Below, piece by piece: positions 18,027 through 29,748 of a stretch of DNA of 64,000 nucleotides. How positions within the stretch are numbered: the stretch's first letter is position 1; the number at the start of each line of letters is the position of its first letter. The notes beneath the pieces are model-generated. The model did no database searches. It was not told where the DNA came from and saw nothing but the letters and a program-made list of their open reading frames with translations. The DNA comes from Ruminococcus flavefaciens (GTDB lineage: Bacteria > Bacillota > Clostridia > Oscillospirales > Ruminococcaceae): the NCBI GenBank assembly GCA_902766595.1, contig CACXEJ010000072.1:4709-68708 (forward strand), given 5' to 3'. Both the position numbers and the translations under genes were made by a program.

Positions 18027-19109
18027 TTATATCAGCTTTCTCTCGTCACAGTATTCACATTCAAGGAGTGTTTCATCACCGCTCGAACGGAAGCTCTTAG
18101 GGAGGTATTCTTCGTGGTTTGTGATGCATTTTGGATTGCTGCATCTTACTCCGCTGTAAACCTTGCCCTTCAGTGTATCTGAACCCTTCTTCTCACGGAG
18201 TATCGTCAGAATGAGAGCCATTCTTACAAACACGCCGTATTTAGCCTGAGTAAAGTACATTGCACGCTTGTCATCGTCAACATCGACCGTTATCTCGTCA
18301 ACTCTCGGGAGAGGGTGCATAACGATCATATCCTGCTTTGCAAGCTGCATCTTCTTGCGGTCGAGAACATAGGTGTTCTTCTGCGCGAGGTACTCTTCCC
18401 TGCTGGCAAATCTCTCCTGCTGTATTCTCGTCATATAGAGAACGTCAAGCGAACTTATCGCCTCTTCGAGGGTGTTCACCTCTTCAAATGTGCTGCCGTT
18501 AGCCTTGATGATGTCCTTTATGTACGCAGGCATTCTCAGCTCAGGAGTAGATATGAAGATGAATTTATTGTTGCTGAACATACTCAGAGCCTTGCAGAGT
18601 GAGTGAACAGTTCTGCCGTTGATGAGGTCTCCGCACATTCCTATCGTGAGTCCGGAGAGCTTTTTCTTCTCAATTTTGAGAGTGAGGAGGTCAGTGAGAG
18701 TCTGAGTCGGGTGAAGGTGACCGCCGTCACCTGCGTTGATAACAGGGCAGTCGGCAGTCAGAGAGGCAGCCTTTGAAGCTCCAGCTATCGGGTGGCGCAT
18801 TACAAGAACATCTGCATAGTTGCTCACGATCTTCGTTGTATCCTTGATAGTCTCGCCCTTTGAGACCGAAGAATTCGCCGGGTTATCAAATCCGATTATC
18901 TTTCCGCCGAGCCTTATCATAGCGGTCTGGAACGACATCTGGGTTCTGGTCGAAGGCTCATAGAACAGCGTCGCCATTACCTTTCCGTCGCACTCGTGTG
19001 CAAACTTTGTGGGATCGTTGCGTATCTCTTCACCAAGCTCAATAACTTTCTTCCACCACGAAACAGGATAATCACTGAGATCAATAAGATGCTGATATTC
19101 CGAATGCAT
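18027..19109 (-). CDS. pyrB: Aspartate carbamoyltransferase catalytic chain fused to a PyrI-type Zn-binding domain
   Basis: FYEPSTRT, INAGDG..HPTQ, TRIQQERF, MHPLPR; C-terminal CSNPKCITN...CEYC. Confidence 0.93.
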   Translation of the reverse strand: MHSEYQHLIDLSDYPVSWWKKVIELGEEIRNDPTKFAHECDGKVMATLFYEPSTRTQMSFQTAMIRLGGKIIGFDNPANSSVSKGETIKDTTKIVSNYADVLVMRHPIAGASKAASLTADCPVINAGDGGHLHPTQTLTDLLTLKIEKKKLSGLTIGMCGDLINGRTVHSLCKALSMFSNNKFIFISTPELRMPAYIKDIIKANGSTFEEVNTLEEAISSLDVLYMTRIQQERFASREEYLAQKNTYVLDRKKMQLAKQDMIVMHPLPRVDEITVDVDDDKRAMYFTQAKYGVFVRMALILTILREKKGSDTLKGKVYSGVRCSNPKCITNHEEYLPKSFRSSGDETLLECEYCDERKLI

Positions 19110-19129
19110 ATTTTATACCTCCACGTTGA

Positions 19130-19798
19130 TCAAAGAATTTTACTTCCGTTTATTATCATCTCAAAGTTTACCTTGAGAAATTCCGATGCCCTTCTGCAAA
19201 GTATCATTCGCTCCATAAATATCTCAAAATACTCCATAACCGGCGAGATCTCGGTATCTATCCTGAGCTCGAGGATTATTGAGGTATTGTCTTCGTTGAA
19301 GCGGATACGCGACTCTTCAACTGCGTAGTTCACGCGGTCGTGTATATCGAATGTAAGGAAATCCGTGTGGCGGACTCTGGACCTGCGCACATCGGTCTTA
19401 TCCCCTATTATCAGTGCAGCAGAGATAGGATCGAGCGGCTGACCGGTACCCTCATCATGGTTGCCTATCGCAGATATGACCGAACATATCTCGTTTGCCG
19501 GCATACTGAGGTTGTCGAGCAGACGGAAAGCCATTACCGCACCGCTCTGCGCGTGATCGACACGGTTGATAACGTTGCCGATGTCGTGCATTATTGAAGC
19601 CACACGCGCAAGCTCGACCGTTCTTTCATCATAGCCGAGTGTTGAGAGTATCAGACTCGAGGTCGCAGCGACACGCTCAACGTGCGCAAATGAATGTTCA
19701 GTGTAACCGAGCGCCTCGAGTGCTTTGTCCGCACGTCGGATATACTCCATAATATCGGGATTTTGTTTGATGTATTTATATGTTACTATGCTCGCCAT
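19130..19798 (-). CDS. HD-domain phosphohydrolase
   Basis: EHSFAH, MHDIGN, GNHDE, GDKTDVRRSRVR. Confidence 0.85.
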   Translation of the reverse strand: MASIVTYKYIKQNPDIMEYIRRADKALEALGYTEHSFAHVERVAATSSLILSTLGYDERTVELARVASIMHDIGNVINRVDHAQSGAVMAFRLLDNLSMPANEICSVISAIGNHDEGTGQPLDPISAALIIGDKTDVRRSRVRHTDFLTFDIHDRVNYAVEESRIRFNEDNTSIILELRIDTEISPVMEYFEIFMERMILCRRASEFLKVNFEMIINGSKIL

Positions 19799-19816
19799 AA
19801 ACTCTCCTTGCAGTTA

Positions 19817-21688
19817 TCAGTAAGCACCGTTATTCTCAAAGTAAACTTTATACCATATAAGGAAGGAGAATACAGTCCATATCTTTCGGCTGTTGTCAGC
19901 CTTGCCGTTCCTGTGGTCGTCAAGCAGACGAATGAGCGGTTCGGTATTGAAATACTTAGCCGCACTCTCGCTCTCAAAGGCATCGCGGACGATAGTGTAA
20001 TACTTATCCTCCTTCAGCCATACCCTAATAGGTACAGGGAAGCCGAGCTTCTTCTTTGCAGCAGTCTTGGCAGTCTCCTTTGGAGTATCCTTGCGCGCTG
20101 CAAGTCTCATCGCATACTTGGTTATATATTTGGTCTCGTCAGTGCCCTTGTCGTGTGTGACTCTGAACTTGGTCGGTATCTGCTCGGCAAGTCGCATTAC
20201 CTCCTTATCAAGGAACGGTACGCGGAGCTCGAGCGAATTTGCCATACTCATCTTGTCAGCCTTGAGGAGTATGTCCCCTGCCATCCAGAGATGAAGATCA
20301 AGATATTGCATCTTTGTCACATCGTCCTTATTCTTCACACGGTCGAAATACGGCTTTGTTATCTCGGTCGGATCGGGAGCATCAGTCTCAACGCGCAGCA
20401 GAGCCTTTCTCTGTTCAGGTGTGAACATATAGGCGTTTCCGATGAACCTCTCCTCAACGTCCTTACCCTTGCGGACGAAGAAGTTCACTCCCCTCTTCGC
20501 AGGCAGCTTTGAAGCGGCTGCTCCGATACCGCGGCGGATAACACGCGGCAGCTTGTCGTAGAGAGTTCCGTCCGGATCGCTGTAAACATTGTAGCCTCCG
20601 AATATCTCGTCAGCACCCTCGCCGGAGAGAACTACCTTCAGCTTCTCAGAAGCTATATTGCAGACAAAGTAAAGTGCAACAGCCGACGGATCGGCAAGTG
20701 GTTCGTCCATATGATACTGTATCTTCGAGAGACTGTCCCAGTATTCTTCGGGAGTAATGACCTTGCTGGTGTTCTCCTTGCCGATAGCCTTGGAGAAGTT
20801 CTTTGCCCAACCTATCTCGTTGTACTTTTCATCGTTTCCGAAGCCTACTGTAAAAGTCTTGTCAACGTCAGCGATAGCTGCCACATAGCTCGAATCAACG
20901 CCGCTCGAAAGAAACGAGCCGACCTCTACATCAGCTATCTTATGTGCTTCGACCGAGTCGTGGAATGTGTCTGAGATCCTGTTCACCCATTCGTCAAGGA
21001 CAGGCTTGCCGTCCGCGCGGAAGTGAACGTCCCAGTAACGCTTTATAGTGAGCTTGCCGTCCCTGAACTTGAAATAGTGGGCAGGCGGCAGCTTGTATAC
21101 GTTCTTGAAAAATGTCTCGTTTGTCGGTGAATACTGGAAAGTCAGGTAATTTTCGAGAGCGGAAGTGTTGAGTTCCTTCTCAAATGCAGGATGCGGCAGA
21201 AAGCTCTTTATCTCAGAGCCGAACATAAACGTGCCGTTCATCACAGCGTAATACATAGGCTTGATGCCGAAGAAGTCGCGGGCTCCGAAAAGCTCCTTTG
21301 TGTTCTTGTTCCAGATCACAAATGAAAACATACCGCGGAGCATTGCAAGCAGCTTCTCGCCGTACTCCTCATAGCCGTGTATGAGTACCTCGGTATCGGT
21401 ATTTGTCCGGAAAGTGTGTCCGGCAGCCTCGAGCTTTTCCCTGATACTGCGATAGTTGTAGATCTCGCCGTTGAACACGATAACGAGCGACTCGTCCTCG
21501 TTGAATATAGGCTGATCTCCCTGTGAGCTTACGTCAATAATACTGAGACGGCGATGTCCGAGAGCAATATCCGCATCAACGTACTTTCCCTCAGCATCAG
21601 GACCGCGGTGACGTATCCTGTCCATCATCTCTCCGATCACAGTACCGGCATTGTCGATCTCATTTGTGAATCCTACGATTCCGCACAT
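19817..21688 (-). CDS. asnB: Asparagine synthase (glutamine-hydrolysing)/amidotransferase
   Basis: MCGIVG Ntn start, HRGPD, HRRLSIID, FNGEIYN, LSSGVDSS, SGEGADE, ELRVPFLD. Confidence 0.93.
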   Translation of the reverse strand: MCGIVGFTNEIDNAGTVIGEMMDRIRHRGPDAEGKYVDADIALGHRRLSIIDVSSQGDQPIFNEDESLVIVFNGEIYNYRSIREKLEAAGHTFRTNTDTEVLIHGYEEYGEKLLAMLRGMFSFVIWNKNTKELFGARDFFGIKPMYYAVMNGTFMFGSEIKSFLPHPAFEKELNTSALENYLTFQYSPTNETFFKNVYKLPPAHYFKFRDGKLTIKRYWDVHFRADGKPVLDEWVNRISDTFHDSVEAHKIADVEVGSFLSSGVDSSYVAAIADVDKTFTVGFGNDEKYNEIGWAKNFSKAIGKENTSKVITPEEYWDSLSKIQYHMDEPLADPSAVALYFVCNIASEKLKVVLSGEGADEIFGGYNVYSDPDGTLYDKLPRVIRRGIGAAASKLPAKRGVNFFVRKGKDVEERFIGNAYMFTPEQRKALLRVETDAPDPTEITKPYFDRVKNKDDVTKMQYLDLHLWMAGDILLKADKMSMANSLELRVPFLDKEVMRLAEQIPTKFRVTHDKGTDETKYITKYAMRLAARKDTPKETAKTAAKKKLGFPVPIRVWLKEDKYYTIVRDAFESESAAKYFNTEPLIRLLDDHRNGKADNSRKIWTVFSFLIWYKVYFENNGAY

Positions 21689-21857
21689 AAAAAATACCTC
21701 CGTTTCCCTAATAGAATATTATACTACATCTTACAGTTTTTTGCAACACCAACAGGATAATTTCTAAATATTATTTTCTTTAATTAATTTGTACACCATT
21801 GAAATAAAAATACTCCGGTGGTATAATACTTATATAATAATGTAAGGATGTGATATT

Positions 21858-23054
21858 TTGGACAGGATTGATTTTTTCAGGGATCTTTCGATCATAATCG
21901 TTTCGGCAAAACTCTGCGGTCTTATTGCGCAGAAGCTAAAGGTTCCGCAGGTAGTAGGTGAGATAATCGCCGGTCTGCTGATCGGTCCCTGCTGCTTCGG
22001 TATAGTCGGCAATTCAGATTACCTCTCACTCATTGCTGAGATAGGTGTTGTTATGCTGATGTTCGGAGCAGGTCTCGAGACCAACCTCAAGGAGCTCCTC
22101 AAAACCGGACCAAAGGCGTTCATAATTGCCTGCGTCGGAGTATTTACACCGCTTGCAGGCGGTACGCTGCTGTACAGTTCGTTCTATGGCTTTTCGTCCG
22201 TCGGCAGCGAGAGCTTTTACCGGGCAGTATTCATCGGTACCATTATGACTGCGACCTCAGTCGGCATAACAGTCCAGACTCTCAAAGAGCTCGGACATCT
22301 GAAGGAGTCCATCGGTACCCTGATAATGAGTGCCGCTATCATAGACGATGTTATCGGCATCATCGTTCTGACATTCGTTATCGGCTTCAAGAATCCGGAT
22401 TCACAGCCGCTCGACGTTGTGATACACACGGTTCTGTTTGTAGTGCTCAGCTTTGTGGTCGGCGTTATTATGTACTACGTTTTCAAGTTCATTGACAAGC
22501 GCCACCCTCACCAGAGAAGAATCCCTATCCTCGGACTCGCCCTCTGTATGTTTATGGCTTTCGCTGCCGAGGAATTCTTCGGTATCGCTGACATTACCGG
22601 CGCATATGTTGCAGGACTCATTCTGTGCAGCCTCAACGACTCCGACTACATAGCAAGAAAGATCGACATAAATTCCTATATGCTCTTCGGACCGGTATTC
22701 TTTGCAAGCATCGGTCTGAAAACCACACTCAGCGGATTTGACCGCGAAATGCTTCTCTTCTCGCTCGGCTTTGTAGCAGTTGCACTTCTTACCAAAGTCA
22801 TCGGCTGCGGTCTCACTGCAAAGATAATGCGCTACAACCTCAATGACAGTCTCAAGGTCGGAGTCGGTATGATGACAAGAGGCGAAGTTGCTCTCATCGT
22901 CGCACAAAAAGGACTCTCGGTCGATATGCTCGATAAGAAGTATTTTGCTTCAGTTATCCTGCTGATAATCGTTTCCTCAATTTCGACTCCGATAATACTG
23001 AAATTACTGTACTCAAAAAGCGAGAAAGCAGCGGCAGCTGTCACCGATAAGTAA
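21858..23054 (+). CDS. CPA2 cation:proton antiporter (NapA-like)
   Basis: PQVVGEIIAG, TATSVGIT, AAIIDD, GMMTRGEV; about 12 TM helices; TTG start. Confidence 0.88.
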   Translation: MDRIDFFRDLSIIIVSAKLCGLIAQKLKVPQVVGEIIAGLLIGPCCFGIVGNSDYLSLIAEIGVVMLMFGAGLETNLKELLKTGPKAFIIACVGVFTPLAGGTLLYSSFYGFSSVGSESFYRAVFIGTIMTATSVGITVQTLKELGHLKESIGTLIMSAAIIDDVIGIIVLTFVIGFKNPDSQPLDVVIHTVLFVVLSFVVGVIMYYVFKFIDKRHPHQRRIPILGLALCMFMAFAAEEFFGIADITGAYVAGLILCSLNDSDYIARKIDINSYMLFGPVFFASIGLKTTLSGFDREMLLFSLGFVAVALLTKVIGCGLTAKIMRYNLNDSLKVGVGMMTRGEVALIVAQKGLSVDMLDKKYFASVILLIIVSSISTPIILKLLYSKSEKAAAAVTDK

Positions 23055-23077
23055 CAATCTGAAAGGCGGCATTTCAA

Positions 23078-23731
23078 ATGAACAAGGCGTGGTCTGAGCT
23101 CAACAAAGCAATGCAGCTACAAATAAAGAAAAAGGATACCTTCAATGACGGTATCCGGACTCTGTTTCTGCTCAGGAACGAGCTTATGGACACGCTTACC
23201 TCTGTCAGAACGACCACTGACAGAGCCGACTTCAACGCTATGCCTTTCGTTAACGCAAACGGCTATCACAGCAAAACTATTGCCTACTCTATATGGCACA
23301 TATTCCGTATCGAGGATATTGTTGCACATACGCTCATTAATAGTGACGAGCAGGTGTTTTTCAAGGAAAACTATCAGAAGCGTATCGGCTCCTCTATCAT
23401 AACTACCGGAAACGAACTTGTAAAAAATGAAATAGCCAAGTTCTCAGAGCAGCTCAACATCGACGAGCTCTATTCATATATTTCAGAAGTCAAGGCAAGT
23501 ACCGAAAACATTATCCGTTCACTTACGTTCAGCGATATGAAGTCATCAGTCCCAGCCGCAAGAAAAGAGCTTTTGCAATCACTTAACGTCGTCAGCAGCG
23601 ATGAAAGCGCAAGCTGGCTGATAGATTACTGGTGCGGAAAGGACATTCGCGGACTGATACAGATGCCATTCTCAAGGCACTGGATAATGCATATCGAAGC
23701 GAGCTTAAGGATATTGAACAAGCTCAGATAA
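23078..23731 (+). CDS. DinB-like (DinB_2) protein
   Basis: TIAYSIWHIFRIED and RHWIMH histidine pattern. Confidence 0.6.
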   Translation: MNKAWSELNKAMQLQIKKKDTFNDGIRTLFLLRNELMDTLTSVRTTTDRADFNAMPFVNANGYHSKTIAYSIWHIFRIEDIVAHTLINSDEQVFFKENYQKRIGSSIITTGNELVKNEIAKFSEQLNIDELYSYISEVKASTENIIRSLTFSDMKSSVPAARKELLQSLNVVSSDESASWLIDYWCGKDIRGLIQMPFSRHWIMHIEASLRILNKLR

Positions 23732-23733
23732 AA

Positions 23734-23757
23734 ATCCCCGGACATCTGTCCGGGGAT
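23734..23757. terminator. Terminator between convergent genes
   Basis: ATCCCCGGACA-TC-TGTCCGGGGAT. Confidence 0.7.
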
Positions 23758-23761
23758 AGTT

Positions 23762-25183
23762 TTATTCAGAATACAGCAATTCATTATAGGTTTCGATATA
23801 GAGGTCGGCAGAAGCCTTCCAGCTGTAATCGCACTCCATAGCTCGTTTTATGAGGTCGTTCCATACAGGCTTGTTCTCATAATCTGCCTTTGCACGACGC
23901 ACAGCATCGAGCATATCGTTAGCATTGTAGGTCTTGAAGGTAAAGCCGTTGCCGTTTTCGCCGCCGTTGTCCCTGACTGTATCACGCAGACCGCCGGTCT
24001 CACGGACGATAGGTGCAGTACCATATCTCATTGCGATGAGCTGTGCAAGTCCGCACGGCTCGCTCTGAGACGGCATAAGGAACATATCCGAGCCTGCATA
24101 GATCCTTCTCGAGAGCTCCGGCATAAAGCCAAGTGCTACCGCCACTCTGCCGGGATAACGCGCAGCCATTTCGCTGAAAAAGTCCTCGTAGATCTTTTCG
24201 CCGCTTCCAAGCACCGCAAACTTCATACCCATTCCTACTATGTCTTCAAGTACACAGCGGATAAGGTCGATACCCTTGTGGTTTACGAAACGTGTTACGA
24301 TACCGATGACAGGTTCATCGCCCTGCTCGAGTCCGAGCTCGTCACAAAGAGCCTTCTTGCAGGCAGCCTTGCCTGAGATGTCCGAAGCCGAATAGTGACC
24401 GGCAATTGCCGGATCCTTTTCCGGCGCATATAGATCAGTATCTATGCCGTTGAGGATACCTCTGAGCTTGTACTGCTTAGTAACAAGTATGCGGTCAAGA
24501 CCGTGAGCGTACCACGGATCGAGTATCTCCCATGCATAGCTCGGACTTACTGTCGTTATCTTGTCGGCAGCCTCGATCGCGCCCTTCATCATATTTATGT
24601 AACCGTCATATTCGAGTATATTGGAGTTGTACATAGGTATACCCATAACTTCGTTGAGTATCTCCCTGCCGTACTTACCCTGATATTCGATATTGTGTAT
24701 CGTGAACACATTTTTAATGCCGTCGTAGCCCTGCTGGTACTTATAGTAAATGTTGTAGTATACAGGTATCAGAGCGGTCTGCCAGTCATTGCAGTGAATG
24801 ATGTCCGGAGTGAAATCGAGAAATCTTATCATCTCAAGAACTGCTCTGTCAAAGAAAACAAATCTCTCACAATCGTCATAAAAACCGTAAAGGCCGTCCC
24901 TTGAGAAGTAATACTCATTGTCGATGAAGTAGTAGGTTATCCCCTCCCACTCCGCTTCAAATATGCCGCAATACTGCTTGCGCCACGAAACATCAACAGT
25001 TATGTTCTTGACAAACGTCATCTTCTCGCGTAATTCGGGAGAAATGCTCTTGTAAAGCGGTATTACCACACAGCATTCGTGTCCTGCTGCGCTTATCGCT
25101 TTCGGAAGTGAGCCGACAACGTCAGCCAATCCGCCGGAGGCTGCATACGGAACAGCCTCGCTTGCAGCGAATAATATTTTCAT
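23762..25183 (-). CDS. glgA: Glycogen synthase
   Basis: SGGLADV, HCNDWQT, FTIHN, MPSQSEPCGL, TGGLRDTV. Confidence 0.95.
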   Translation of the reverse strand: MKILFAASEAVPYAASGGLADVVGSLPKAISAAGHECCVVIPLYKSISPELREKMTFVKNITVDVSWRKQYCGIFEAEWEGITYYFIDNEYYFSRDGLYGFYDDCERFVFFDRAVLEMIRFLDFTPDIIHCNDWQTALIPVYYNIYYKYQQGYDGIKNVFTIHNIEYQGKYGREILNEVMGIPMYNSNILEYDGYINMMKGAIEAADKITTVSPSYAWEILDPWYAHGLDRILVTKQYKLRGILNGIDTDLYAPEKDPAIAGHYSASDISGKAACKKALCDELGLEQGDEPVIGIVTRFVNHKGIDLIRCVLEDIVGMGMKFAVLGSGEKIYEDFFSEMAARYPGRVAVALGFMPELSRRIYAGSDMFLMPSQSEPCGLAQLIAMRYGTAPIVRETGGLRDTVRDNGGENGNGFTFKTYNANDMLDAVRRAKADYENKPVWNDLIKRAMECDYSWKASADLYIETYNELLYSE

Positions 25184-25199
25184 TTTCAGATCACCGCCG

Positions 25200-26321
25200 T
25201 TAAATCTTTCCGTCCTTGCCGATATACAGCGGATAAGTCTCTGAACCTGTCAGCACCTTTTCGCTGCTTATCTCTACGTTCTTATCTGTGATGACCGATG
25301 TTATGTTACACTTGCTGCCGATCTTAGTTCCCTGGAAGAGAACAGAGTCCTTGACGCAAGTTCCCTTTGCGACCTTAACGCCGCGGAAAAGAATAGAATT
25401 CTCAACAGTACCCTCGATAACACAGCCGTCTGCAATGAGGGAATTCTTAACGCTTGCCTCAATGCCGTACTTAACAGGACCGTTGTCTCCGATCTTGGTA
25501 TAAACAGGAAGATTGGGCTTGAAGAGAGCGTTTCTCTTAGCTGAGTCAAGAAGCAGCCTGTTTGCGCTGTAATAGCTGTGGATACTGTCTATCCTTGTGA
25601 AGAAATCCTTGTGCTCGTAGCCCATTATCTTGTACTCAGACTTCTTGCCCTGAAGTATCTCACGGGTGAAGCTGTACTGATTGCGGCTTGCTGCGTCAAA
25701 TACTATCTTCTTGAGGAAGTCCTTGCTGATAATGAACATCTCCAGCCACATATTACACTCGCCTGTTATCTGAGGATTTACAAGAACGTCCTTGAGACGG
25801 TTCTCTGCATCAAATTCAAGTATAGTAGCGTTGGAATTCTGCTCGCAATTGTATTTTCCCTTGCTGTAAACAAGGGTAATATCAGCCTCTTCAGCCATAT
25901 GCTGCTTAAGCACAGGATTAAAGTCTATTGTTGTAATGACATCGCAGTTTGACATAATAACGTACTTTGCCGATGAATGTTCAACGAAGCTCCATACGTT
26001 GTTAAGAGCATCAAGTCTGCCCTTATAGATACCGCCAGTCTGACTGTAAGGCGGCAGAAGGTGGAGACCGCCCTTTTTACGGGACAGATCCCAGTCACGT
26101 CCTGATCCGAGATGATCGAGGAGTGAACCATAGTTAGATTTCGTGATTACGCCTACTTCGGCAACGCTGGAATTCACCATATTCGACAGCGGGAAATCTA
26201 TAAGACGATAACGTCCCCCGAAAGGTATGGATCCCATAGTCCTCTGCTTTGTAAGCTCCATGACATAGGAATCGTGCATACTTGCAAATATCAATCCTAA
26301 AACATTATAATTTACACTCAT
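25200..26321 (-). CDS. glgD: Glucose-1-phosphate adenylyltransferase subunit GlgD
   Basis: [26 protein letters not shown]; lies between glgC and glgA. Confidence 0.93.
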   Translation of the reverse strand: MSVNYNVLGLIFASMHDSYVMELTKQRTMGSIPFGGRYRLIDFPLSNMVNSSVAEVGVITKSNYGSLLDHLGSGRDWDLSRKKGGLHLLPPYSQTGGIYKGRLDALNNVWSFVEHSSAKYVIMSNCDVITTIDFNPVLKQHMAEEADITLVYSKGKYNCEQNSNATILEFDAENRLKDVLVNPQITGECNMWLEMFIISKDFLKKIVFDAASRNQYSFTREILQGKKSEYKIMGYEHKDFFTRIDSIHSYYSANRLLLDSAKRNALFKPNLPVYTKIGDNGPVKYGIEASVKNSLIADGCVIEGTVENSILFRGVKVAKGTCVKDSVLFQGTKIGSKCNITSVITDKNVEISSEKVLTGSETYPLYIGKDGKI

Positions 26322-26337
26322 AATTAAACTCCTCCGA

Positions 26338-27564
26338 TCAGATATTTTCTCCGATTATTTGCTTTGGTTCAACTACCTTATTCTCGGAAACAGTTACATT
26401 ATGACCAACTACTGCTATGCCCCAGTCATCACGGTTTTCAAAGTTTTCCGGGCTTGCACCAATTTTCGCACCGCTCTCTACAACACAGTCGCCGCCGACG
26501 ATCGCATACTCAACAACTGCACCGGACTTTATAACAGTTCCGGGCATTACGATACTATAATTTACAGTAGCGCCCTCCTCGATAGTAACACCTGAGAACA
26601 CTACAGAGAAATCAACAGTTCCGTCGATAGAGCTTCCCTCTGATATCATAGAGTTCTCGATGTTTGAATTATCACCGATGTACTGAGGCGGCATATTGTT
26701 GTTGCGCGAATAGATCTTCCAGTTGGGATCATAGAGGTCAAGCGGGACACTCGGGCTGAGGAGATCCATATTAGCCTCCCACAGCGAATCAAGAGTTCCG
26801 ACGTCCTTCCAGTAGCCCTCGAACTCGTACGCAAACAGTCTCTGCTTATCGCGGAGCATAGAGGTTATGATGTCCTTGCCGAAGTCCTTTGACCACGGCT
26901 CACCCTTCTCGCGCTTAGCGTTTGCGTCATTCTCGTTCTCGATGAGGTACTTGCGGAGCTTATCCCAGCTGAAAACGTAAATTCCCATTGAAGCAAGCGT
27001 TGACTTGGGCTCCTTTGGCTTCTCAACGAAGTCTGTTACCTGATTTTGCTCATCGCATATCATAATTCCAAATCTTGAAGCCTCTGCCTTCGGAACGTCG
27101 ATTACTGAGATAGTGCAGTCAGCGTTGTTGGCAACGTGGAAATCCACCATTTTGGAATAGTCCATTTTGTAGATATGGTCACCACCGAGCACAACGACGT
27201 ACTCAGGATTATATCTCTCGATAAAACGCATATTCTGGTAGATAGCGTTAGCTGTGCCCTCGTACCACGAAGCGCCTGCCTGAGTCTCATAAGGCGGCAG
27301 AACGTGAACACCGCCGTTCATTTTATCAAGATCCCACGGCTGACCATTTCCGATATATTCATTCAGAACAAGAGGCTGATACTGTGTAAGCACGCCTACT
27401 GTGTCGATACCGGAATTGGTGCAGTTTGAGAGAGGGAAATCTATAAGCCGGTATTTGCCGCCGTAAGGGACTGCCGGTTTTGCGACATTTTTAGTCAATG
27501 CGTAAAGTCTGCTTCCCTGACCGCCTGCCAGGAGCATAGCAACGACTCTTTTCTTTGTGTACAT
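26338..27564 (-). CDS. glgC: Glucose-1-phosphate adenylyltransferase
   Basis: [42 protein letters not shown]. Confidence 0.95.
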   Translation of the reverse strand: MYTKKRVVAMLLAGGQGSRLYALTKNVAKPAVPYGGKYRLIDFPLSNCTNSGIDTVGVLTQYQPLVLNEYIGNGQPWDLDKMNGGVHVLPPYETQAGASWYEGTANAIYQNMRFIERYNPEYVVVLGGDHIYKMDYSKMVDFHVANNADCTISVIDVPKAEASRFGIMICDEQNQVTDFVEKPKEPKSTLASMGIYVFSWDKLRKYLIENENDANAKREKGEPWSKDFGKDIITSMLRDKQRLFAYEFEGYWKDVGTLDSLWEANMDLLSPSVPLDLYDPNWKIYSRNNNMPPQYIGDNSNIENSMISEGSSIDGTVDFSVVFSGVTIEEGATVNYSIVMPGTVIKSGAVVEYAIVGGDCVVESGAKIGASPENFENRDDWGIAVVGHNVTVSENKVVEPKQIIGENI

Positions 27565-27600
27565 AGTATTCCTCCTAAGTTGCAGATGTATACCTGTGAA

Positions 27601-29583
27601 TTATTTAGCCTTGGCAGAGCTCTTTGACTTTGCCGAAGTTTTCGTCTTTTTACCAGCCGTAAGCGTGTCAGCTGTCTTTGCAGCTCTCTTCTTGACGGGA
27701 GAGTATTTGAGATAGATGACTGAAAGCGGTGCGAGCGTCATAGAAATGCTGTCATCAAAACCGTGCATAGGAACGCTGTCGGACTTGAACGACTTCTCGG
27801 TAATACCGCTGCCGCCGAAATCAGGGCTGTCAGTATTGAATACCACCTTGTACCTGCCGCTATGAGGAACGCCTATCCTGTAGTCGCGGCGCTCAACGGG
27901 TACAAAGTTGCAGACTGTTATAAGCTCCTCGCCGTCATCGTCGATACGTCTGAAAGCTATTACGCTCTGCTTGTAGTCATCGTTTGAGATCCAGCTGAAA
28001 CCGCTCCACGAGTCATCATTCTGCCAGAGAGGAGAATTCTCCATATAGAACTTGTTCAGCTTTTCAGAGAACTTGAGAAGATTCCTGTGCGAATCAAATT
28101 CCATAAGTCCCCAGTCAAGCTGAGACTTGTAGTCCCACTCCTTCATCTGACCAAACTCCTGTCCCATAAACAGCAGCTTCTTGCCGGGATGTGCCATCAT
28201 ATAAGCCAGAAAAGCACGGTAGGAGGCAAACTTCTGATCGTACTCTCCGGGCATCTTGTTTATCATAGAACACTTTCCGTAAACAACTTCATCGTGCGAG
28301 ATCGGAAGAATGTAGTTTTCCGAGAATGCATAGAAGAAGGAGAAAGTGAGCTTATCGTGATTGAATGAGCGGTATATCGGATCGAGCGACATATAGCTGA
28401 GCATATCGTTCATCCAGCCCATATTCCACTTGAAATTAAAGCCAAGACCGCCTATGTCAGTGGGCTTTGTAACAAGCGGCCACGCAGTTGACTCCTCTGC
28501 TATCATAAGAGCGTCCGGGTGCTTGAGGAAAACAGCTTCGTTAAGGCGCTTGAGGAACTCTACTGCTTCGAGATTCTCGTTGCCGCCGTATACGTTTGCC
28601 GTCCATTCACCGTCACGTCTGTCATAGTCGAGATAAAGCATTGATGCAACCGCGTCTACACGGAGACCGTCTATATGGAACTCATCGAACCAGTAATTCG
28701 CACTTGAAATGAGGAAAGAGCATACTTCAGCCTTGCCATAGTCAAAGACTCTTGTTCCCCACGCCTTGTGTTCCTTTTTGCGGTCGTCTGTATATTCATA
28801 GCAGCAGGTGCCGTCGAATTCATAGAGACCGGCTTCGTCCTTAGGGAAGTGTGCCGGTACCCAGTCGAGTATGACTCCGATGCCGACCTTGTGGAACATA
28901 TCGATCATTTTTCTGAAATCGTCAGGTGTTCCGTAGCGTGAAGTCGGAGCAAAGTATCCGGTCACCTGATAGCCCCACGAACCGTCAAAGGGGTATTCGG
29001 TAAGCGGCATAAACTCTATATGGGTATATGACATTTTTTTGAGATAAGGTATTATTTCCTTTGCAAAGGTCACATAGTCAAGAAAAACTTCATCACCGTA
29101 ATTTTTCCACGAGCTGAGGTGAACCTCATAGATGTTCACAGGGCTTTTGTAGACACTTGTGTGTCTCTTGACCTCATACCAGTCAGAGTCAGTCCACTTG
29201 AAGCTGCTCTCATAGATCTTGGAAGCTGTACCCGGTCTTGTTTCAAAGTGAGAGGCATAGGGATCAGCTTTCATAATAAACCTGCCGTCCTTAGTCTCTA
29301 TGCTGAATTTATACGCATCAAACTGAGAAAGCCCGGAGATCTCTGTCTCCCACACTCCGTCAGCAATGAGGCACATAGGTGATGTATTTCTGTTCCATTC
29401 GTTAAAATCTCCGACGACCGAAACGCTTACAGCATTCGGCGCCCATACGCGGAAAACAAAAATACGATCCCTACCTTTTTTGTAGGAATGCACTCCGAAG
29501 AATTTGTATGCTTCATAATTCTTTCCTTGATAAAACAGATAGAGCGGAAAATCATTGGGGTTTGTTATATTATTAACTGCCAT
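27601..29583 (-). CDS. glgB: 1,4-alpha-glucan branching enzyme
   Basis: [44 protein letters not shown]. Confidence 0.95.
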   Translation of the reverse strand: MAVNNITNPNDFPLYLFYQGKNYEAYKFFGVHSYKKGRDRIFVFRVWAPNAVSVSVVGDFNEWNRNTSPMCLIADGVWETEISGLSQFDAYKFSIETKDGRFIMKADPYASHFETRPGTASKIYESSFKWTDSDWYEVKRHTSVYKSPVNIYEVHLSSWKNYGDEVFLDYVTFAKEIIPYLKKMSYTHIEFMPLTEYPFDGSWGYQVTGYFAPTSRYGTPDDFRKMIDMFHKVGIGVILDWVPAHFPKDEAGLYEFDGTCCYEYTDDRKKEHKAWGTRVFDYGKAEVCSFLISSANYWFDEFHIDGLRVDAVASMLYLDYDRRDGEWTANVYGGNENLEAVEFLKRLNEAVFLKHPDALMIAEESTAWPLVTKPTDIGGLGFNFKWNMGWMNDMLSYMSLDPIYRSFNHDKLTFSFFYAFSENYILPISHDEVVYGKCSMINKMPGEYDQKFASYRAFLAYMMAHPGKKLLFMGQEFGQMKEWDYKSQLDWGLMEFDSHRNLLKFSEKLNKFYMENSPLWQNDDSWSGFSWISNDDYKQSVIAFRRIDDDGEELITVCNFVPVERRDYRIGVPHSGRYKVVFNTDSPDFGGSGITEKSFKSDSVPMHGFDDSISMTLAPLSVIYLKYSPVKKRAAKTADTLTAGKKTKTSAKSKSSAKAK

Positions 29584-29748
29584 AATTTAGCCTCCTTTGT
29601 TATTTACATTTTAACAGAATTTACTCAATTATTCAAGCTTTTTCGAGAAACGGGTAAAAATTTCGGACAATACGCTAATTTTAATGGCAGTATTTAGTGC
29701 AGTTTGACATATTTTATCTTTTAGTCTCCAGAGAACCTTTGTTGATTT

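Noticed and set aside
19694-20512. 272-aa ORF and similar long antisense ORFs (6637-7446, 34963-35646, 11154-11735)
   Set aside because: Shadows of codon-biased genes on the opposite strand
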